Counted from the first letter of the stretch, positions 14,618 to 29,614 are shown. The stretch is DNA of 64,000 nt from Octopus sinensis (GCF_006345805.1 NC_043026.1:4340001-4404000); one strand, 5' to 3'. Notes: generated by a model not told the origin, from the sequence alone. Translations and numbers: made by a program.

Positions 14618-14830
14618 TTTGGCTGCTATTTCTAGCTATGGCGGCAACCTTCTACACGCTGCATCGTTTTTGTTTGTTGTTTGTTTTATGGGAAAATATT
14701 CTTAAAATAAACTCCAACCCCAGAATGTTGAGAAACCAATGCTTATTATAATTTTATCGAATGGTTTGTTTCTTGACTATAGAGAAATGGATATAATTTG
14801 TAAGCGGGGGTACAAAATGAGTAATTTCCC
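14618..14830 (+). promoter_or_regulatory. Putative promoter / non-coding first exon of ZNF gene A
   Basis: Paralogous to 23,820-24,035 upstream of ZNF B; starts tttggctgctatttctagctATGGCGGC (YY1-like core) and ends at a gtaagc donor-like site. Confidence 0.4.
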
Positions 14831-15024
14831 ATTTTATTTTCTCCTTTATGTTCATTATTTTGTGAGTGTTGCTGGATTGTATTTAGGACTGAAAAATTAA
14901 TCATCATAGTTGTTTTGAAATTGTAGTCCGGGGTACAACTAGCGAACAGTGGTCCCGGTGCGCGCATCCGCGCTAGCTAGTCGAAGTAATTCGATCCTAC
15001 AACACTTTTTTTGACCCTAATTTA

Positions 15025-15230
15025 GTTTTACTCTTTTACTTGTTTCAGTCATTTTGACTGCGGCCATCTGGATCACCGCCTTTTAGTCATCAAATCGACC
15101 CCGGAACTTATTCTTTGTAATCCCAGTACTTAATTCTATCGGTCTCTTTTGCCGAACCGCTAAGTTACGGGGACGTAGACACAAACCAGCATCGGTTGTC
15201 CAAGCAATGCTAGGGGACAAACACAACAAT

Positions 15231-15263
<33 letters not shown>

Positions 15264-15367
15264 CATATATACGACTATCTTCTTTCCTTTCCGTCTACCA
15301 AATCCACTCACAAGGCATTGGTCGGCCCCGGGCTATAGCAGAAGACACTTGCCCAAGATGCCCGCAG
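15025..15367 (-). mobile_element. tRNA-derived composite SINE, 5'-truncated
   Basis: Same family as 21,155-21,564 and 26,062-26,455. Confidence 0.8.
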
Positions 15368-16349
15368 TTTGTTGGTTATAAAAAATACATTATTTATTTA
15401 CTTAGTTAAAAATTATTTACTTTGTTCGAAAAATATCTAATTTGTCTAAAAAATTCCACCAGGGTCGACTTTGCCTTTCGGGGTCGATTAAATAAGTACC
15501 AGTTACGCACTGAGGTCGATGTAATCGACTTAATCCATTTATCTGACCTCTCTGTGTTTAACCCCTTGTGGCTAGTAAAGAAATAGGTATTTCGTCTGCT
15601 GCTACGTTCTGAGTTCAAATTTCGCCGAGTCGACTTTGCCTTTCATCCTTTCGGGGTCGATTAAATAAGTACTATTTACGCACTGGGGTCGATATACTCG
15701 ACTTAATCCGTTTGTCTGTCCTTGTTTGTCCCCTCTGTGTTTAGCCCCTTGTGGTAGTAAAGAAATAAGAAACTGGAAGAAGCCCAATATATGTGTGTGT
15801 GTGTGAATGTGTAGCTGGAGTTTAGAAATCTGTTAGCTTCACAAAAGATTTTCTGATGTAAATTTTAATAAATTAGAAAGTTCTGTTGTTCATTTAAATG
15901 TTTATTTCTTGTGTTTATCTCTTTAGTAATGTTGAATCTGTATTTTTTAAGTAGCCTCTCTATCTTACACGTTTGTTTCTTTATTATTTCAGAATATCAG
16001 ATGACATCGGCATAACTGAAGATACATTCTCATTATTTATCATCTTTTAAAGACCAAAATGGAAATATTGTAGAGAACAGATATATAAGAATGTTTCTCT
16101 AAATCTACAGTGGAATTCCTCTGATATATTTACTCTGAAAGGTGTTATTAGCAAACCTTCTGGACATCACTGGCTGGAGTGTCCACGAGATGAGTCTTTG
16201 TGCAAATTAAACTTGGATAAATTTACTAAAGAATTTTGGGACAAAGGTGATCTGGACAGAAATAGAGCAGTCGAAATATTTGGAAACAAAAGACTATAGA
16301 ATCAAAAAGGTGTAAAAAGATTATATACTGTGTTTTTTGAAGAAAAATA

Positions 16350-17921
<1,572 letters not shown>

Positions 17922-19444
17922 AAGTCGTATCACTGTAACATCTGTTGTGAAACATTTTCTGTAAGTAGTGATAAATGACTGCTCAGTACTTCTGGTGTTA
18001 ACTAAATGTATAACTATTGGTATAGATGTATGACTACCAATGTGACCATTTTAAGAACCATAAGCATTTTCAGCTCCTCCTAAATTGGTGGTACTGTTGT
18101 GGGCTTTCTCCATGGCAATAACCAAGCTATTCATCAGGGAATTGCTGTAATTGTAAGAGTTCCTTCTATGCCAAAGAAGAAAAAATAAAAGGGACAATCT
18201 TTCTAACTGTAAATGTATTCACACCAGAGAGGAGGTAGAACAGTGTGTGGCAACCATCTCCCAACTCTGTAGTTTATGTCACAACACGTAAGAAGACTGT
18301 GGGTTCCTTTTTTTAATAGAAGTAGCTTTTTCCAGATTTTGAATCTTGTTATGAAACGTAAAAGTTCAGTCCCACTGTGTGGCACCGAGGTCAACTGAGA
18401 AGAAGACCTATCAAGCCAAGCGAAATTGTTGTTGTGGCAGAGACTGGTGTTGGTGGTCTAAGGCATCCATTACACTCTCAGAGTGGTTGGTGTTAGGAAG
18501 AGTATTCATCCGTAGCAATCATGCCAACTTAGATTAGTGTCCGGTCCAGCCTTCCTGCTTGCCAACCCTGGTCAAACTATGCAACCCACGCCAAAATGGA
18601 CAACGGACATTGGATGATGTGTGTATTTCAGTATTGTCAACATTGATCATGCGATTAGGGTTGGACTAAATCTGTTCCAAATGTCAAAGGGCCTTATCCA
18701 CCCAACCGGTGTTTGAGCAACAGTTTTTATCCCAGTACAGAAAAATTCTCTTCCTGTCCACAAGTCATTACATAAGGAATGGTCCCTCACGCCTTTAGCG
18801 GAGAGAAGAAAGGAGAGATGAGATCGGAATAACCGATGCTGCACAACAAACAGAACCAAGCCATGAAAATGCTACAGAATTTCAACTGTGATACAACTCC
18901 CACTGTTCCAGATAGAGTTCGTTAAAGCTTGCAAAACCTGTTACTTCACAATTTGTAAGACATTTGCCATGTATTTTTATAAAGGGTTGTAATAAAAAAC
19001 AGTTGCATTGAATTTACCTGGTTCTTCTTGTCATTTGTTTATATAAAGGTAACCCCAGGCAGACAGACTAGACCAGTTAATGCAGAACCACCACACACAC
19101 AGCTACATCAAGATGAACCAGCCACAGCTAACTTAAATAAACTCATAACCAACACTCATTATATATATATATATATATATATACGTATCTATATACATCT
19201 TTGTGTTTGTCTTTCAGTATTGCTTGACAACTGGTGGTGGTCTGTGTGCGTTCTCGTGACATAGCAGTTCAGCAAAAGGGACTGATAGAATATGCACCAG
19301 GCTTAACAAAAAGACAAGTACTAGGGTGGATTTATTTGAATAAAATCTCTTCGAGGCGGTGCCCCAGCATGGCCACAGCCAAATGACTGAAAGAATTAAA
19401 AGATGAAAGAAACACACAGCAACACAAACAAAGATGATGCAAAA

Positions 19445-19672
19445 TTAACTCCTTCGTTACTGTATTTATTTTGAGATGCTCTGAGTTTCTTTCAATTATT
19501 TTGAATATAACAAAGAATTTAGTAAAATAACTTCGTTATCATTAAGCTAGTGTTAGGAATATAAATTGTGACTAAGGTTTGGTGGAAGATTTTAATTCAG
19601 AACTTACGAAAACAAGACATTTTACCACAGAGCCAGAGCCGGGGCTGGCCGAGTTAGTGACAAAAGGGTTAA
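19445..19672. mobile_element. piggyBac-type MITE
   Basis: TTAA at both ends with imperfect TIRs (ttaactccttcgttac ... gtgacaaaagggttaa). Confidence 0.55.
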
Positions 19673-19989
19673 GAGCAACTGGATGAGGTCAATATATGCT
19701 GAGCTGAATCTGTATTGAAGTGGACAAGAAGAAGAAGAAGAAGAATATGGGGTACGGGTGGGAGGGTTCATGAGGGGTGCAGTTCTTTGGGTAAATGAAA
19801 ATGGGTTGGGGTATTGAAACAATGGGAATGATATGAAAAAGGGAAGCAGTTTAATATTGGACCCGTTGAAGTGGGAGGGTAGAATACGGTTGAGAAGATT
19901 ACAGCCCATGGCAGTGGTGTGTGGTGATGAAGTTACTCCTACGTGCAAAGTCCTTATAGACAACACCCTTGTGCTTGTATGTGTGTATG

Positions 19990-20312
19990 TCTGTAAAAAT
20001 CAAAATCTCTGGTGGAAGCGTCATCCAACCAAAGTGCAAATATATGGGAAACTACCACCTGTGTCATCTCTTGTGAAAGGTAGAAGAGTCCAGTTGGCTG
20101 GACATTGTTGTAGAGCTGAAAACGAGGGAATTTCTACTCTTCTCCTCTGGAAGCCATCTGCTTGCGATACCAGAGGGCGCACACTCTCCTACCCTGATGT
20201 AATCTCCAGGGATACAGGCATCCAGCAACAGGACCTCCATAATGCTATGATGGACCGTGAAGTCTGGCGTAACATAGTAAATTCCATTGTCTCGAACAAT
20301 GGTGATGATGAT
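19990..20312 (+). mobile_element. RTE-clade LINE 3' fragment
   Basis: WKRHPTKVQIYGKLPPVS...RRVQLAGHC...LLLWKP...RGR...MMDREVWR, ending in (GAT)n. Confidence 0.75.
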
Positions 20313-20548
20313 GTCTATAAATATATACCTATATAATATATATATATATATACAAATAAAGGTTAGAAACCTCATTAAGGGATAGCAAAATCCTATGAAA
20401 GCACTGGTTAGTTACCGATACAAGGAATGTTGATCATTACATTTAATACTCAACTGCAAGGCAACTATATAAACCGTGGTTTATATATATTTATTCATTG
20501 TAAGAAGATAGAGAGGTAATTAATAAGTTATTATTTTTGAATTGAAAA

Positions 20549-20772
20549 ATTGACAAACATCCCTTACAGCTGTTTCGATTCCAAACCTTCAGAAAATTAA
20601 TCAATAAAATTAAAGATTATTTGAAAGTCGAATCTCGTTATAGAAAATAGTCATTCAATTACTGATTTATTGAGTAAATGACTGCAGAGGAAATTCGACT
20701 TCCCAATGATTTTTAATTTTATTAATTTTCTGAACATCCGTAATTGAAACAGCTGTAAGGATGTTTGTCAAT
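20549..20772. repeat. ~225-bp fold-back inverted repeat with hammerhead-like arms
   Basis: attgacaaacatcccttacagctgtttc ... gaaacagctgtaaggatgtttgtcaat; internal arms also pair. Confidence 0.8.
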
Positions 20773-20784
20773 AATTTTCTTATA

Positions 20785-20831
<47 letters not shown>

Positions 20832-21154
20832 CATCTTTTAACATCTGTTGTCCATGATGGATTGGGTTGGAGTGGGGCTAGTGAGATGGAAGGCAGCACC
20901 TGACTCCAGTCTGATTTGGCAGGGTTTCAACAGCTGGATGCCAACTATTCCAAGAGTGTAATGGGTGCATTTACGTGCCACCGACACAGGGGTCATTTGT
21001 GTGACCCTGCTATCTGCAATGAAAATGCTAAGCAGTATTTCGTCCATTTGAGTTCAAATTCCAGCCCACCTACAAATGTATGCCCCGCCCTCCTTTCTTT
21101 CCTCACAACTTCCACAGAAAGTGATAATTTTTAATTAAACGTTCTATACTCTCT

Positions 21155-21564
21155 CTTTTTACTCTTTTACTTGTTTCAGTCATTTGACTGCGGCCATGCC
21201 TGAGCACCGCCTTTAGTCGAGCAAATCGACCCCGGGACTTATTCTTTGTAAGCCCAGTACTTATTCTATCGGTCTCTTTTGCCGAACCGCTAAGTTACGG
21301 GGACGTAAACACACCAGCATCGGTTGTCAAGCAATGCTAAACAGACAAACACAGACACACAAACATACACACATACAGATATATATATATATACATATAT
21401 ACGACAGGCTTCTTTCAGTTTCCGTCTACCAAATCCACTCACAAGGCTTTGGTCGGCCCGGGGCTATAGCAGAAGACACTTGCCCAAGATGCCACGCAGT
21501 GGGACTGAAGCCGGAACCATGTGGCTGGTTAGCAAGCTACTTACCACACCGCCACTCCTGCGCC
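21155..21564 (-). mobile_element. Full-length tRNA-derived composite SINE
   Basis: Reverse complement: ggcgcaggagtggc(g)gtgtggtaag...ggttccggcttcagtccc head, internal (TA/TG)n, second body ending gaaacaagtaaaagagtaaaa. Confidence 0.85.
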
Positions 21565-21919
21565 TATAAATACTATTCAGATAATGTAGATTCTGATTAT
21601 CTCAGAATTTGTTTAGAAAATGTTATTTTCTGAGGGTGGCGTTATGTGTTTCGGGAAATGAACACTTGTTGCATTTCTTTCATCATAACATTCCGAAAAA
21701 TAGGTAATTCTTCAGGAAGTTTTCTAGAAATGCCCTTCAGATGGTGTAGATTACAATTATATCAGATTTTCTTATGCAAGATGAGATCTATACTTACTAA
21801 CACATACCTTACAATAAAACTAGAAATTTCGAAAAAAATTGTGATGTATGTATAAGAGCCTATAGGGTATAGGGTCTTCCTATGTATGTATAGGAGCCTA
21901 TAGGGTATAGGGTCTTCCT

Positions 21920-22300
21920 ATGATGCTGACATGCAGTGTCTGTGCAAGACCCTGCCTCAGTAAAGCTGGACTCAAGTGTCATGTTCGTAGTCATAAAGCA
22001 AGACAAATGAGTGACAACCTGGCCACTGGTGGTGGTGGTGTAACACACCATTCTAATCATATATCTGTCAGGCATGTGGAAGAGAGAGTAATTCGGCAGG
22101 AGGACTTAAACGATATGCAAAGGTACATGAAGCCCAGTTACAACTACAGCCGGCTATTGCCGGTAAAGGTTTTGGCTGCCAATTCTGTACAAGACATTGT
22201 AGATCTTTAGCTGGGCTAAAAAGTCACATCTGATCACAGCACCGGTAACAGTTAAGCTTCGTGCAATGGCCATACTCGATAACGAAGGGGCAGCCATCAT
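21920..22300 (+). mobile_element. RTE-clade LINE C-terminal C2H2 knuckles and 3' end (fragment)
   Basis: LTCSVCARPCLSKAGLKCHVRSH plus further degenerate CxxC...H motifs; 3' end atggccatactcgataacgaaggg. Confidence 0.55.
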
Positions 22301-22707
22301 GCATAGGAGCCAACCAGATTTCTTGAATTTTTGTTATTAAAGTCCAATATAATCTAATCTACACACTCTGGAAAGTAGCTATAGAATATTTTCTTATTTT
22401 CTCTGAAATTTACGAGAAACAAAACCAACTTTTGCAAATTTTCAGGAACTTCACGCACACTTTCTGCAAAAGGGTCTTTGATTAATGTTTACAATATTAC
22501 CAGGAAACGGAAAAAAAAGAAAAAATTGTGCAACAGGTGTAAAAAAATGTGTAGGAAAGGAATATGAAAACAAAAATGCGCGGAAAGCAACAGGTGAGTA
22601 GTTGGGAAAATTCACAAGATGCAAGTTTTTGCCTCATAACTTTTAGGAAAGTGGGTTTTTCTAAATGAAATTTGATATAAATATCTTCCAAATGTCATAG
22701 ATTACAA

Positions 22708-23244
22708 ACGTCTATCGAGGTGAATTCAATTTCTGCCATAAGTGTGTCAACAACATTTTCTGGCCGTGTCATACGAATTTGTCACTGTTATTTATGACAT
22801 ATTTCGTATCAGTGAAGTTCGTATGAATAAAAGATTATCGTTATTAAACTTTTATTAATAAACACATATTCTAAGTTCACAACAGAAGCAGTTTTAATTT
22901 CCCTCTCTGTTGCACAGATACACACATTACATATTATATATTCATTTAAGAAACAGATTGGGTTTATTTACATTCCTGAAGAAAAAAAGATACCCTTCCC
23001 CCCACCCCTAATCCTAACCCTAACCCTAACCCTAAAACAGATTGAAATGCAATAGATCGAAACTAGGGTCATAATTATGGGTGGACACTAAAGAGGGAAC
23101 ACTTTTGTTATCCAGCTCTGTTTACGAGTGACCCCTCAGTTTATGGCCACAGGGTATCTTTTTTCTCATAAATAACAGGGACATTTTCATATGACACCGC
23201 CAGAAAATGTTTACGGCAGAAATTGAATTCACCTCAATAGACGT
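22708..23244. mobile_element. MITE-like element with ~70-bp imperfect inverted repeats and internal (CCCTAA)n
   Basis: acgtctatcgaggtgaattcaatttctgccataa pairs with ttacggcagaaattgaattcacctcaatagacgt; second pair at ~22,753 and ~23,180; telomere-type repeat at 23,006-23,035. Confidence 0.6.
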
Positions 23245-23819
23245 CATTGATTGGTTGAAATTGCCGAAATGCAAGAAATTAAACAACAATTAGCTTACAA
23301 ACTACAGAATTTTCTCAAGAAAGCCAAGAGAAAAATGTTTGTTAAACAAACACATTCTACCAGTATACGAAGTTTAAAAGTGTTTAGTTACGTGGAAATT
23401 ATTTAAAAATCTGCCGGTCAAAGCGAAAAGATCGAAATAAAGTTTGCCTTTCACCTTTTTGCTGGGGTTCAATAAAATAAATACCAGTTAACAACTGAGG
23501 TCCGCGGCAATCGACTTACGCACCCTCCCCTCCCCTGAAATTGCTGGCCTTGTGCCAAAATGTGAATATCACACACCTATTACATACGCATGCGCACTAA
23601 GCCTATTTCCGCTTCTATTCATTACATCTTGACAAGCTTGTTTGGCGCCAGAATTTCTATTAATTCACTCGGCAATACATTTCTAAAACATTTCTCTACC
23701 ACCCACGACCCCTCATAACAACAACAACAACACCATTCTTTATAAAGACATTTCCGTAAGTATTAAACAATGGAAACATTTAATCTTTCAATACTTTGTG
23801 TATCAGATTTTGTTCCACA

Positions 23820-24035
23820 TTTGGCTGCTATTTCTAGCTATGGCGGCAACCTTCTACACGCTCCATCGTTTCCACGTTTGTTTGTTGTGTGTTTTAGTTG
23901 GAGAAATATTCTTAAAATAAACTCCAACCCCAGAAATGTTGAGAAACGAATGTTTTATTATAATTTATCGAATGTTCGTTTCTTGATACAGGGAAGGGGA
24001 CGAAATAAGTAAGCGGGGCAAAATGAGTAATTTCT
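23820..24035 (+). promoter_or_regulatory. Putative promoter / non-coding first exon of ZNF gene B (a diverged third copy ends at ~25,350)
   Basis: Paralogue of 14,618-14,830, including the gtaagcgggg..caaaatgagtaatttc donor region. Confidence 0.4.
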
Positions 24036-24761
24036 CCTTATTTTCTCACCATTATGACATTGGTTAGAAAGATTTCAACTGAAATTATTGTAGGTTTTAG
24101 CCAGAATTATTCTAAAGGACATTTCTGGAAACTTCCGTGGGATGTTATAAAATCCTGGGCTTTTTTTCCAATTTTTACTTAGTGGATCGCGTGCTTTCTG
24201 GAAGCTACTCATTCCCACATACAGTTCTTGTTGTAAAATTAAAGATACCCGACGTTGCTTTCCTCTATAATGACCAGAAGTCATAAGGGTATAAACTCGA
24301 AGAAAGAAAGCCTTGCATATTCGTTCTACACCCGTTTCATGTGTGTATGTAAGATCCGCAAATTTCCAAACAGAATCGAACTGTCATTTGCTTCCACGGA
24401 AATATCCGAAGTGAAATGTTTTGATTTTTGTCGAGTTATGTCGAAGGAATGCCGTCATAAGTCTTGTACTAGCTTCAGATTTGTCTGAACGAAACAGAGA
24501 GGTGCTTTAATTCTTGTCATCTCTGTGGGACATAGCTTTCAGACCGGAATTTAGGGCCGCCTTCCCGTTTAATCACCTGGATCTTTATTGACGAAGGGAA
24601 ATTACTCTCAAGTATTTATATGGAATTGAATTTGGAAAAATGAACGAGAACCAAATGAAAATATCTTTGGAATTGACGCTTTAATACGTCTCCAGGAAAG
24701 GTATTTGACCGCTCTTGTCATTTTATCAACAGCAAGTAGTAAAAGAAATCAGGTTTAAGTT

Positions 24762-25148
24762 ATAATAATGAAATTATTGTATACAGTGCTCAGGTGCACC
24801 ACAACTTGTCAAAAGTGTGTAATGAAGTGTATGCAGTGATGTACAAATGTCTGGGAAGCGAACAATGTATGAGTCAGATACATGCTTGCGTGTATATGGA
24901 GGGGAGAAAATCAGGTGTAGTGTTGGCGAATCTCAGGAAGCATGGAAGTTTTGAAGGATGCAGTGCTCCGACAACTAACAACTGATGCCGGCAGTTTGTT
25001 CCATGCTTCAGCAACTCTCAGCGTGAAAAAATGTTTCCTAAAGTCATGGGAGCTGTGCTGTTTTCTGATTTTGTAAATATGTCCACGGGTGTTAGACGGG
25101 TGGAGTTCGAAAAGGTGCTCAGAGTTATTGTTTGTAAGATGGTTAAAT
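24762..25148 (-). mobile_element. CR1-clade LINE 3' end
   Basis: NTRGHIYKIRKQ...FRKHFFTLRVAEAWNKLP; 3' tail ...actgtatacaataatttcattatt. Confidence 0.85.
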
Positions 25149-26061
25149 GAAGGGAACATGTCAGTCCCAACATATTAGGTCAATTTAAATATAATATCTT
25201 TGTGGGAATATCTCATTCAACCATAATAAATATGAAGACAGCCAAATAGAAACCGAAGAACATCTACACCACTTTCTGCATCGAATGTTTATCTCTTGAT
25301 ATAGAGAAAGGGAACAAAAATTAGTAAGTGGGGCAAAATGAGTAATTTCTTTCTTTCTTTTTTTTTTTGTAGTTTTTCTTTCAGTCTTTAAAGACCTTAC
25401 GTTTTCAGTATTGACCTCTTTGGTGGGAAACCTGAATGCTGAGAAGCAAGCAGATGACTTAGTGGCAACTGAGAGGAGAGAAACAGCCCTTTTTATTGTT
25501 GCAGTTGTGGTAGGCCCCTTTACCTTCCTACAATGGGATAATGACCCCTCTTTCCCTGTCAGGCTTTTCTAATTCCAATCAACACAACAGCCTACTCTTC
25601 AAATTAACATTTAAGTGGCTGAGCACCCCACAGACACGCTCACCCATAACGGAGCTCTCACATATTAAGCATGTGACCATGTGATAAGGCTGGCCCTTCA
25701 AATTACTGGTACAATTCAGTTTTGTCAGCTGAGTGAACCCGGAGCAACATGTCTTGCTCAAGAACACAGCACGCTGCTGGGAATTGGATTTATGACCTTA
25801 TTAGGGGCTGATTGCTCAGACCACTAACCCCAATACCTTCACATACACACACATGTATATATATACACATACATATATATTAACGTGTAAGCATATATAT
25901 GTTTCCAGGTTCAGTCCCACTGCGAACCTACTTAGGCAAGTATTTTATACAACAGACATTAGCCGACCAAATCCTTGTGATTGGATTTGGTAGATGGAAA
26001 CTGAAAGAAGCCCAATATATATATATATGTATATTAATGAGTATTTATGTGTATATACATA

Positions 26062-26455
26062 GGCGCAGGTGTGGCTGTGTGGTAAGTAGCTTGCTAACCA
26101 ACCACATGGTTCCGGGTTCAGTCCCACTGCGTGGCATCTTGGGCAAGTGTCTTCTGCTATAGCCCCGGGCCGACCAATGCCTTGTGAGTGGATTTGGTAG
26201 ACGGAAACTGAAAGAAGCCTGTCGTATATATGTATATATATATGTGTGTGTTTGTGTGTCTGTGTTTGCCCCTCCAATATCGCTTGACAACTGATGCTGG
26301 TGTGTTTACGTCCCCGTCCCTTAGCGGTTTGGCAAAAGAGACCGATAGAATAAGTACTTGGCTTACAAAGAATAAGTCCCAGGGTCGATTTGCTCGACTA
26401 ACGGCGGTGCTCCAGCATGGCCACAGTGAAATGACTGAAACAATTGAAAGAGAGA
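26062..26455 (+). mobile_element. Full-length tRNA-derived composite SINE
   Basis: ggcgcaggtgtggctgtgtggtaag (A box), ggttcagtccc (B box), body identical in plan to 21,155-21,564. Confidence 0.85.
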
Positions 26456-26680
26456 GTTAGAGTTATATGTGTGTGTGTCTTTGTGACTGTTTGATGCCCC
26501 ACCAACACTTGATAACCAGTGTTGGTGTGTTTATGTCCCCATAATTTAGTGGTTTCACAAAAGAGGCCAATATAAGTACTAGCCTCAAAAATGAAGTCCT
26601 AGGGTTGATTTGCTCAACTGACACCCTGTAAGGTGATGCTCCAGCATGGCCACAGCCAAAACAACTGAAACAAGGAAAAG

Positions 26681-26724
<44 letters not shown>

Positions 26725-27266
26725 AATGTGTAGCTGGAGTTTAGAAATCTGTTAGCTTCACAGAAGATTTTCTCATGTAAATTCTAATAAATTAGAAAGT
26801 TCTGTTGTTCAGTTAAATGTTTATTTCTAGAGTTTATCTCTATAGAAATGATGAATCTGTATTTTTTTAAGTAGCCTCTCTATCTTACACTGTTTCTTTA
26901 TTATTTCAGAATATCAGATGACATTGGCATAACTGAAGATACATTCTCATTATTTATCATCTTTTAAAGACCAAAATGGAAATATTGTAGAGAACAGATA
27001 TATAAGATTATTTCTATAAATCTGTGGCAGAATTCCTCTGATATATTTACTCTGAAATGTGTTATTAGCAAACCTTCTGGACATCACTGGCTGGAGTGTC
27101 TACAAGATGAGTCTTTGTGCAAATTAAACTTGGATAAATTTACTAAAGAACTTTGGGTCAAGGTGATAATGGACAGAAATAGAGCAGTCGAAATATTTGG
27201 AAACAAAAGACTATAGAATCAAAAAGGTGTAAAAAGATTATATACTGTGATTTTTGAAGTAAAATA

Positions 27267-28386
27267 ATGGAAAAGAGTGAGAAAAAAAAAGAAACTGATT
27301 TTTCCAGAAAATAGAGGAAAAGGGAGACAAAAATTGTCACATGAGTGTGATGTCTTTAAAAAGTCTTTCTCTCAAAAGAGCAGCTTGAATACGCACAAAC
27401 ATATTCATAGAGGAGAGAAGCCCTATCACTGTGACATTTGTGATAAATCATTCTCTCAGAGTTGTAACTTGACTAGACACAAACGTATTCATACAGAAGA
27501 GAAACCATTTCACTGTAATGTCTGTAGTAGGTCATTCTCTGACCACAATGCTTTAAATTCTCATATACGTGTTCATACAGGGGAGAAGCCATTTCACTGT
27601 GACACTTGTGGTAAATCATTCTCTATAAATGTCTCACTGACTCAACACAAACGTATTCATACTGGAGAGAAGCCATATCACTGTGACATCTGTTCTAAAT
27701 CATTCTCTCAAAATGGTAGTTTATCTATACACAAGCATATTCATACAGGAGAGAAGCCATTTGACTGTGATGTCTGTGGTACATCATTCTCTCAGCGGAG
27801 TTCTTTAGATTCTCACAAGCATATTCATACAGGAGAGAAGCCATTTCACTGTGATGTCTGTGGTACATCATTCTCTCAGTGGAGTTCTTTAGATTCTCAC
27901 AAGCGTTTTCATACAGGAGAGAAGCCATTTCACTGTGACATCTGTGATAAATCATTCCGGGGAAAAGACAGCTTGACCAAACACCAACGTATTCATATAG
28001 GAGAAAGCCATTGACTGTACATTTGTGGTATATCATTCCCTCAGAAAGGTAGCTTTGACTTCACACAAACGTGTTCATACTGGAGAAAAGTGGTTTCACT
28101 GTAATGTCTGCAGTACATCATTCTCTCAGCAAAATGCCTTGGAGTCTCACATACGTGTTCATACAGGAGAGAAGCCATTTCACTGTGACATCTGTGGTAA
28201 ATATTTCTCTCAAAGTAATAACTTGACTATACACCAACGTGTTCACACAGGAGAGAAGCCATTTCACTGTGATATCTGTGGTACATCATTCTCAGACCAA
28301 AGTGTTTTAAAATGTCACAAACGTATTCATGCCGGCGAGAGGCCTTATCACTGTGGTGTACTCGTATACATGTTCATATAGGATAG
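27267..28386 (+). CDS. C2H2 zinc-finger protein B, ~12 fingers, frameshifted; possible pseudogene
   Basis: ATG at 27,267 paralogous to gene A; +1 A in a homopolymer; ORFs 27,277-28,014 and 28,025-28,381 with HTGEKP linkers; GGA TAG at 28,381-28,386. Confidence 0.8.
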
Positions 28387-28548
28387 AAACCGTATCATTT
28401 GTAGTAAATCCTTCTCTCAAAGTAGTGCTTAACTTCTCACAAACATTTTCATTCAAGAGAGACACCATATTCCTGTAACATCTCTTCTCTTTCATCAGTG
28501 CTTTAACTCATGAAGGTGTCCATACAGGTGAGAAGCCATGTTACTGTG

Positions 28549-29077
28549 ACATCATCATCATCGTTTAACGTCCGTTCTCCATGCTAGCATGGGTTGGACG
28601 GTTCGACCGGGAATCTGGGAAGCCAGAAGGCTGCACCAGGCTCCAGTCTGATCTGGCAGTGTTTCTACAGCTGGATGACCTTCCTAACGCCAACCACTCC
28701 GTGAGTGTAGTGGGTGCCTTTTACGTGCCACCGGCACAGGTGCCAGGGGAGGCTGGCAACGTCCACGATCGGGTTGGTGCATTTTACGTGCTACTGGCAC
28801 GGAAGCCAGTCAGGGCAGCGCTGGCATCGGCCATGATTTGGATGGTGCTTTTTACGTGCCACCGGCACAGGTGCCAGGGGAGGCTGGCAACGTCCACGAT
28901 CGGGTTGGTGCATTTTACGTGCTACAGGCACGGAAGCCAGTCAAGGCGGCGCTGGCATCGGCCATGATTTGGATGGTGCTTTTTATGTGCCACCGGCACA
29001 GGTGCCAGGGGAGGCTGGCATCGGCCACTATTTGGATGGTGCTCTTTAAGTGCCACCTGCACGGAAGCCAGTCTAGG
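28549..29077 (-). mobile_element. RTE 3' UTR-derived insertion into a relic zinc finger, with ~130-bp internal dimer repeats
   Basis: Interrupts tgtga|catc...|catctgtaac; three repeats of the ggtgc(t)ttttacgtgccaccggcac module pair. Confidence 0.8.
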
Positions 29078-29614
29078 CATCTGTAACAAATATTTCTCTT
29101 TTAATAGTAAGCTAATTTATTGAGACACCCTATTCCTGTGATGTCTGTGGTAAATAATTCTCCCGAAATGACAAATCAGAAACAAACGCAGTGGGACTGA
29201 ACCCGGAACCATGTGGTTGGTGAGCAAGCTACTTACCACACAGCCACTCCTGCGCCCATGTAGTTCATTCTGTCCAATGTGATGTTTATTCACGTTATTT
29301 TCAATTTGTCCTGCATTAACTCACAGCTTTCAAGTGATGACGATGTGATTGAGTATTTTTAGAATAACATTGTAGGGTAGGTGTAAGAGGCCAACTCTGG
29401 TTAGTTTGAAAATAAAAGAGGTAGCATATTTGGGCCAGTTGTGGCTGGTTTAAATGCTAAACGGTTAACACTAGAACAGTGGTTCCCAAACTTTTCAGAG
29501 TCGTGACCCACTATTTATCACACCAGTTTATGACGACCCACTTAACTCTACTGAGTAAAAACATTAACGAAATTAAGAAATTTATTTCAGATTACGTCTT
29601 CAGTCCCTCGGTGT

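Noticed and set aside
21920-22210. Additional host C2H2 zinc-finger gene
   Set aside because: Lacks TGEKP linkers and is followed by an RTE-type 3' end; better explained as a LINE C-terminus.
23006-23035. True telomere or chromosome fusion site
   Set aside because: Only ~5 units, single orientation, embedded in an inverted-repeat element.
26062-26140. tRNA gene
   Set aside because: A/B boxes belong to a SINE head that continues into the SINE body; no complete cloverleaf.
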